Below are positions 60,733 through 64,000 of a stretch of 64,000 nt of DNA, piece by piece. Numbering within the stretch: position 1 is the first letter of the stretch; each line of letters starts with the position of its first letter. A model generated the notes under the pieces. The model searched no databases. It was given only the letters and a program-made list of their open reading frames with translations, and was not told where the DNA came from. The stretch comes from Candidatus Thalassarchaeaceae archaeon. Its GTDB lineage: Archaea > Thermoplasmatota > Poseidoniia > Poseidoniales > Thalassarchaeaceae. The stretch is from positions 82,213-146,212 of the forward strand of contig JBJLBO010000001.1 in NCBI GenBank assembly GCA_045568115.1. Reading direction: 5' to 3'. The position numbers and the translations under genes were made by a program.

Positions 60733-60809
60733 TGGTGGACGCTGGGGGATTTGAACCCCCGGCCACCTGGTTGCAAACCAGGTGCTCTTCCAAGCTGAGC
60801 TAAGCGCCC
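60733..60809 (-). tRNA. tRNA-Ala (anticodon UGC), G3:U70 identity pair present, encoded CCA
   Basis: The reverse complement gives GGGCGCTTAGCTCAGCTTGGAAGAGCACCTGGTTTGCAACCAGGTGGCCGGGGGTTCAAATCCCCCAGCGTCCACCA. Confidence 0.9.
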
Positions 60810-60867
60810 TTTGTGAAGCGGCCGAGAGGCAAGGGGTTCTTGAGTTCAACCGTTAAGACGCAAGGAA

Positions 60868-61479
60868 TCAATCATCGTTTTTGTGGTTAGTTAGTTTAAC
60901 GATTAATAGAAGGGAGACAAAGACTGAAAACAGAATTACAGCCCTTAGATTTGAATCTCGAGAAGATTTTGTGTTGTCATCAGTCGTTGAAGGAGTTCCT
61001 GGTTCTGAATTTACTGAATGATCGTCCAGTGCAAAATTAGCATAGAATGAATATTCTTCAACCACGCCATCAAAATCAATTTGGTGCATCATAGAAATAT
61101 TTCCAGGTAGTAACCCATTAGACGCTGAGAGTTCAATGAATGCGGCTGTTTTACAATCACTATCAACAAGAGCACCAGTTTCATTCTTCTCACAATTTGT
61201 ATTTAGCCAGCCAGAGTCAAAATCATCGACACCCCCGAATTCGTCATCAGAGTTGGCATCGACTAAGATACGATGCATTGCGCCATCTCTAGAATCATGA
61301 TTTCTGAAGAAAAGTGAATCAGTATCCACCAATATCCCTTCATTCACACCGTCTGGATTAGAGCCCTCTGAGTGTAGAATTATTGTGTATTCTTTTTGGT
61401 CATGGGCATAGGCAGAGGGGCTAAACAATATCCCGATTAACAGGATTCCAGCAAGCAGGTGCGCTCTCGCCATGTCCAT
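60868..61479 (-). CDS. Small secreted/anchored protein (signal peptide MDMARAHLLAGILLIGILFSPSAYA, C-terminal TM); the track ORF extends to 61740 but the upstream part is probably non-coding
   Basis: The signal peptide begins at an internal Met (61479). C-terminus AVILFSVFVSLLLIVKL. The longer ORF would overlap the divergent gene start at 61529. Confidence 0.45.
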   Translation of the reverse strand: MDMARAHLLAGILLIGILFSPSAYAHDQKEYTIILHSEGSNPDGVNEGILVDTDSLFFRNHDSRDGAMHRILVDANSDDEFGGVDDFDSGWLNTNCEKNETGALVDSDCKTAAFIELSASNGLLPGNISMMHQIDFDGVVEEYSFYANFALDDHSVNSEPGTPSTTDDNTKSSRDSNLRAVILFSVFVSLLLIVKLTNHKNDD

Positions 61480-61528
61480 TCGTAGCGCAGCAAAGACTTC
61501 AACATGACTCGCAGACACGAAGAACAGT

Positions 61529-63277
61529 ATGGATACCGAGCGGGCTGTCATCGCAGGGGCACTCGCCTTGACTCTCTTGATTGGTGGAGTCGCAATGATG
61601 ATGTTATCATCAGAAGATTCACTCGATTCGAACTCCTCTGAAATTATGGTCGACCCTCTAATCGATGTAGAGGGGCATGACCATAGAAATGCTAGCCAAC
61701 ATGAATTGTATACTGAGAACTTGGTTCCAGTTTCATTCAATCCATTAACTGCACCAGGGAATGCCGAAATTCAAGTCGCAGACTCTCCTGATGGCAATAC
61801 CTATGCTTACATTGCTGGATGGTCCGAATTACACATTGTCGATGTCACAAACCCAGCTAATACTACCGTTACCGGAGTCTACATTGACCCCAATACTCAA
61901 GTTTTGGATGTGAAGTATCTTGAATACAATGGACGAGAATATGTTATTGTTCAAAATCAATTAGTAGATCCGGGTAGTGCTGATCCAAACGTAGGTGAAT
62001 GGGGAGACCCTGCTCAAGTCACCGTGACTTTAGTAGATGTTACAGACAAGACTGACCCTCAATTTGTAGATGCTTGGTATGATGCAGACCACCCAAGCGG
62101 ACCTCACAATCTCTACACACATATGATTGACAATGAATGGTACATCTTTGTGGCCAACCCCGACTACGAACAATGTGATGTTGGTCAAGGAGATGCTTGT
62201 GGTGGTATCACAATTGCTCACCTCAACTTCGCCGCTTATGGGGATCTTCCTCGAATCGTCAAAGTGGGCGAGGCCGAAGTCAGTTGGGAGACTACTTTGG
62301 GAGGCTGGATTTACATTCACGACATGACCGTTCAGACTTGGCCTGGAGAAGATCAAAATGACCCACGTTTTGGACGCACCTACGTTTACGGCGCCTACTG
62401 GGAAGCAGGGCTAAGGATTTTCGATGTTTCAGATGTCCCTCATCCGGGTAATGACATGGTAGAGTACCTAACAGTGGCAGCTGCTTGCAGAGGGTCATTT
62501 GGAACCCAATTGGGATGCAACTGGAGAGCACCTGAAGTAGGACTTTGGATGGAATTCGCTGATTTAGATGGAGATGGCGAAATGGATTGTGGCTGCACTA
62601 GTAATGAGAATGGAGGCCGTGCCTCATACATTCATTATGCAGAACCAATCGATGAGATGGTTGATGCATCACATCTAGGATATCCTACTGGAAAAATGCA
62701 TCTGACATTCCTTGCAACTGAAGTTCTAGAAACTAGTGTAGGAACTGGAATGGGGTACTTACTTGACACAACTGAATATGAAAGTGTAAATGGAAAGGTC
62801 ACATTCAAACCAAAATTGATTCATGGTTATGAGTTGCCTTTCGCAGAACTACACCACATCCCTGGTGGTGAGGAATGGTTGCTTTTCAGCCCTCACAATG
62901 CGGATACTCAGATCTTCCAAACTGGGTTACCTGGCCTTCCCGACAATAGTTACGGAGGAGCTTGGGATGGCCGAATCTACCTCTCAAGTTACCACGCTGG
63001 AGTATGGGTTGTTGATATCGAGACACTGATGGCGCTTGGATTAGAAGAAGATATGAATCGAACAGTAGCTCATATGCAGGCCACAATAGGTTACAACCTA
63101 CCACACGGAATGGATGGAGTCCCTCTAGATAGTTCATACTATGAATTCGGATGGACTCCTTTCATTTGGGCGGCAGAATACCATGAAGGATACACCTATC
63201 TCTCTTGCATTACCTCAGGACTCTATATCGTGCAACTCGATATTGATTCCCCATATGGAATGCCTTTAGAGTCCTAA
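61529..63277 (+). CDS. Secreted LVIVD-repeat (beta-propeller-like) protein with N-terminal signal-anchor
   Basis: NTYAYIAGWSELHIVDVTNPANTTVTGVY and later YVYGAYWEAGLRIFDVSDVPHP resemble LVIVD repeats. N-terminus ALALTLLIGGVAMMML. Confidence 0.45.
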   Translation: MDTERAVIAGALALTLLIGGVAMMMLSSEDSLDSNSSEIMVDPLIDVEGHDHRNASQHELYTENLVPVSFNPLTAPGNAEIQVADSPDGNTYAYIAGWSELHIVDVTNPANTTVTGVYIDPNTQVLDVKYLEYNGREYVIVQNQLVDPGSADPNVGEWGDPAQVTVTLVDVTDKTDPQFVDAWYDADHPSGPHNLYTHMIDNEWYIFVANPDYEQCDVGQGDACGGITIAHLNFAAYGDLPRIVKVGEAEVSWETTLGGWIYIHDMTVQTWPGEDQNDPRFGRTYVYGAYWEAGLRIFDVSDVPHPGNDMVEYLTVAAACRGSFGTQLGCNWRAPEVGLWMEFADLDGDGEMDCGCTSNENGGRASYIHYAEPIDEMVDASHLGYPTGKMHLTFLATEVLETSVGTGMGYLLDTTEYESVNGKVTFKPKLIHGYELPFAELHHIPGGEEWLLFSPHNADTQIFQTGLPGLPDNSYGGAWDGRIYLSSYHAGVWVVDIETLMALGLEEDMNRTVAHMQATIGYNLPHGMDGVPLDSSYYEFGWTPFIWAAEYHEGYTYLSCITSGLYIVQLDIDSPYGMPLES

Positions 63278-63280
63278 ATA

Positions 63281-63298
63281 CGCCCTCTTTAGAGGGCG
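63281..63298 (+). terminator. Hairpin CGCCCTC-TTTA-GAGGGCG 3 nt after the stop of 61529..63277
   Basis: Perfect 7-bp inverted repeat, read directly. No obvious T-tract. Confidence 0.3.
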
Positions 63299-63359
63299 CT
63301 ACGGACCGCTGCATTGAATTGCTGTGCTAGGTCAGCGGGAGCGCTACCAAGGTGTTTGC

Positions 63360-64000
63360 ATGACCAGAACTACTCAATTTCCAATGCTAATTATGGTTTT
63401 TCTGATGGTTGCTGCACCGATGAGTGGCTGTATTGCTATTTTCAAACCAGATAGTTCAGATTCGATTAACGAAGGATGGGTAGACCCTGTTATGGAAATT
63501 GAAAATGAGAACCACTCTCATAGCGACCTATTTTCTCATAGACTATCAACATCTAATACCAAACTTATTGATTATCATAACCTAAACTGTGATGGAGAAG
63601 TCAAACCTCCTGCTGAATTTGACGACACAATGGGTAGGCCGTGTCTTGAATCCTCAAAGAACACTGGACCAACACCCGGAGATAACTCAGAGATAGCGAT
63701 AGAAGGAAACTTCGACGAAGATTGTGAAATCTATGCTGACGGAACAGGAGGTTGCTATGCTTATGTTTCAAGTTACAATCAATTTGAGATTCTCGATATC
63801 AGTTCACCTAACAATATCCAGATGCTCTCAACATATTATGCCGAAGTTGCCAGAATAATCGACATCAAAGTCACCCCGGACAACAACTGGGTTTTGATTA
63901 ACCACGAACTTACCAATAGTGAGTTGGATCCAATTCCTAATGACGACGATGCTAACAGTGGTACGAATCGACTAGATGTCATCTATGTTGGGGATAAAAC
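63360..64000 (+). CDS. Putative lipoprotein with LVIVD-like repeat, 3'-truncated by the window edge; paralogous to the upstream gene
   Basis: ATG at 63360. N-terminus MLIMVFLMVAAPMSGCIA (lipobox-like SGC). CYAYVSSYNQFEILDISSPNNIQMLSTY is an LVIVD-like block. Frame is open to the window end. Confidence 0.5.
   Translation, partial: MTRTTQFPMLIMVFLMVAAPMSGCIAIFKPDSSDSINEGWVDPVMEIENENHSHSDLFSHRLSTSNTKLIDYHNLNCDGEVKPPAEFDDTMGRPCLESSKNTGPTPGDNSEIAIEGNFDEDCEIYADGTGGCYAYVSSYNQFEILDISSPNNIQMLSTYYAEVARIIDIKVTPDNNWVLINHELTNSELDPIPNDDDANSGTNRLDVIYVGDK

Noticed and set aside
60868-61740. Full 290-aa reading of ORF 60868..61740
   Set aside because: A signal peptide begins at internal Met 88 (61479). The upstream 87 codons would overlap the divergent promoter and start of 61529..63277. 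The shorter form is preferred.

Overview
This window looks archaeal. The signals are a TFB gene with a Zn-ribbon, an AglB/STT3-type oligosaccharyltransferase core, a CDP-archaeol synthase-like gene, tRNAs with genome-encoded CCA, and a split GMP synthase B subunit. The density of giant, acidic, thrombospondin-type-3-repeat and PGF-CTERM surface proteins resembles Marine Group II (Poseidoniales)-like euryarchaea, but that taxonomic guess is inference. About 40 CDS and 3 tRNAs (Met-CAU, Asn-GUU, Ala-UGC, all on the minus strand) can be supported. Housekeeping genes: purD, purE, the guaA B-subunit, ogt, glyA (disrupted by a frameshift), gcvT, gcvPA, gcvPB, tfb, a thymidine-phosphorylase-family gene and a CrtI-like FAD desaturase. 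The rest of the window is dominated by very large secreted or membrane-anchored proteins: 1030+, 1414, 3177, 917, 1065, 1334 and 940 aa. The most unusual element is a 3177-aa ORF: an AglB/STT3 core preceded by an extra ~360-aa polytopic membrane domain and followed by ~1900 aa of beta-sandwich repeats and a C-terminal TM anchor. It is followed on the same strand by an S8 subtilisin and a 1414-aa N-glycosylation-sequon-rich beta-helix surface protein. Other notable items are a membrane-anchored LTDx2–PLD(HKDx2) enzyme translationally coupled to a nucleoside phosphorylase, a wHTH–STAND NTPase–TPR protein, a cytoplasmic EF-hand protein inserted inside a split glycine-cleavage locus, a TFB with a basic N-terminal extension, and a frameshifted glyA. 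No CRISPR array, transposase or rRNA was seen. Domain and motif calls rest on motifs I recognised by eye in the supplied translations; no database search was run.
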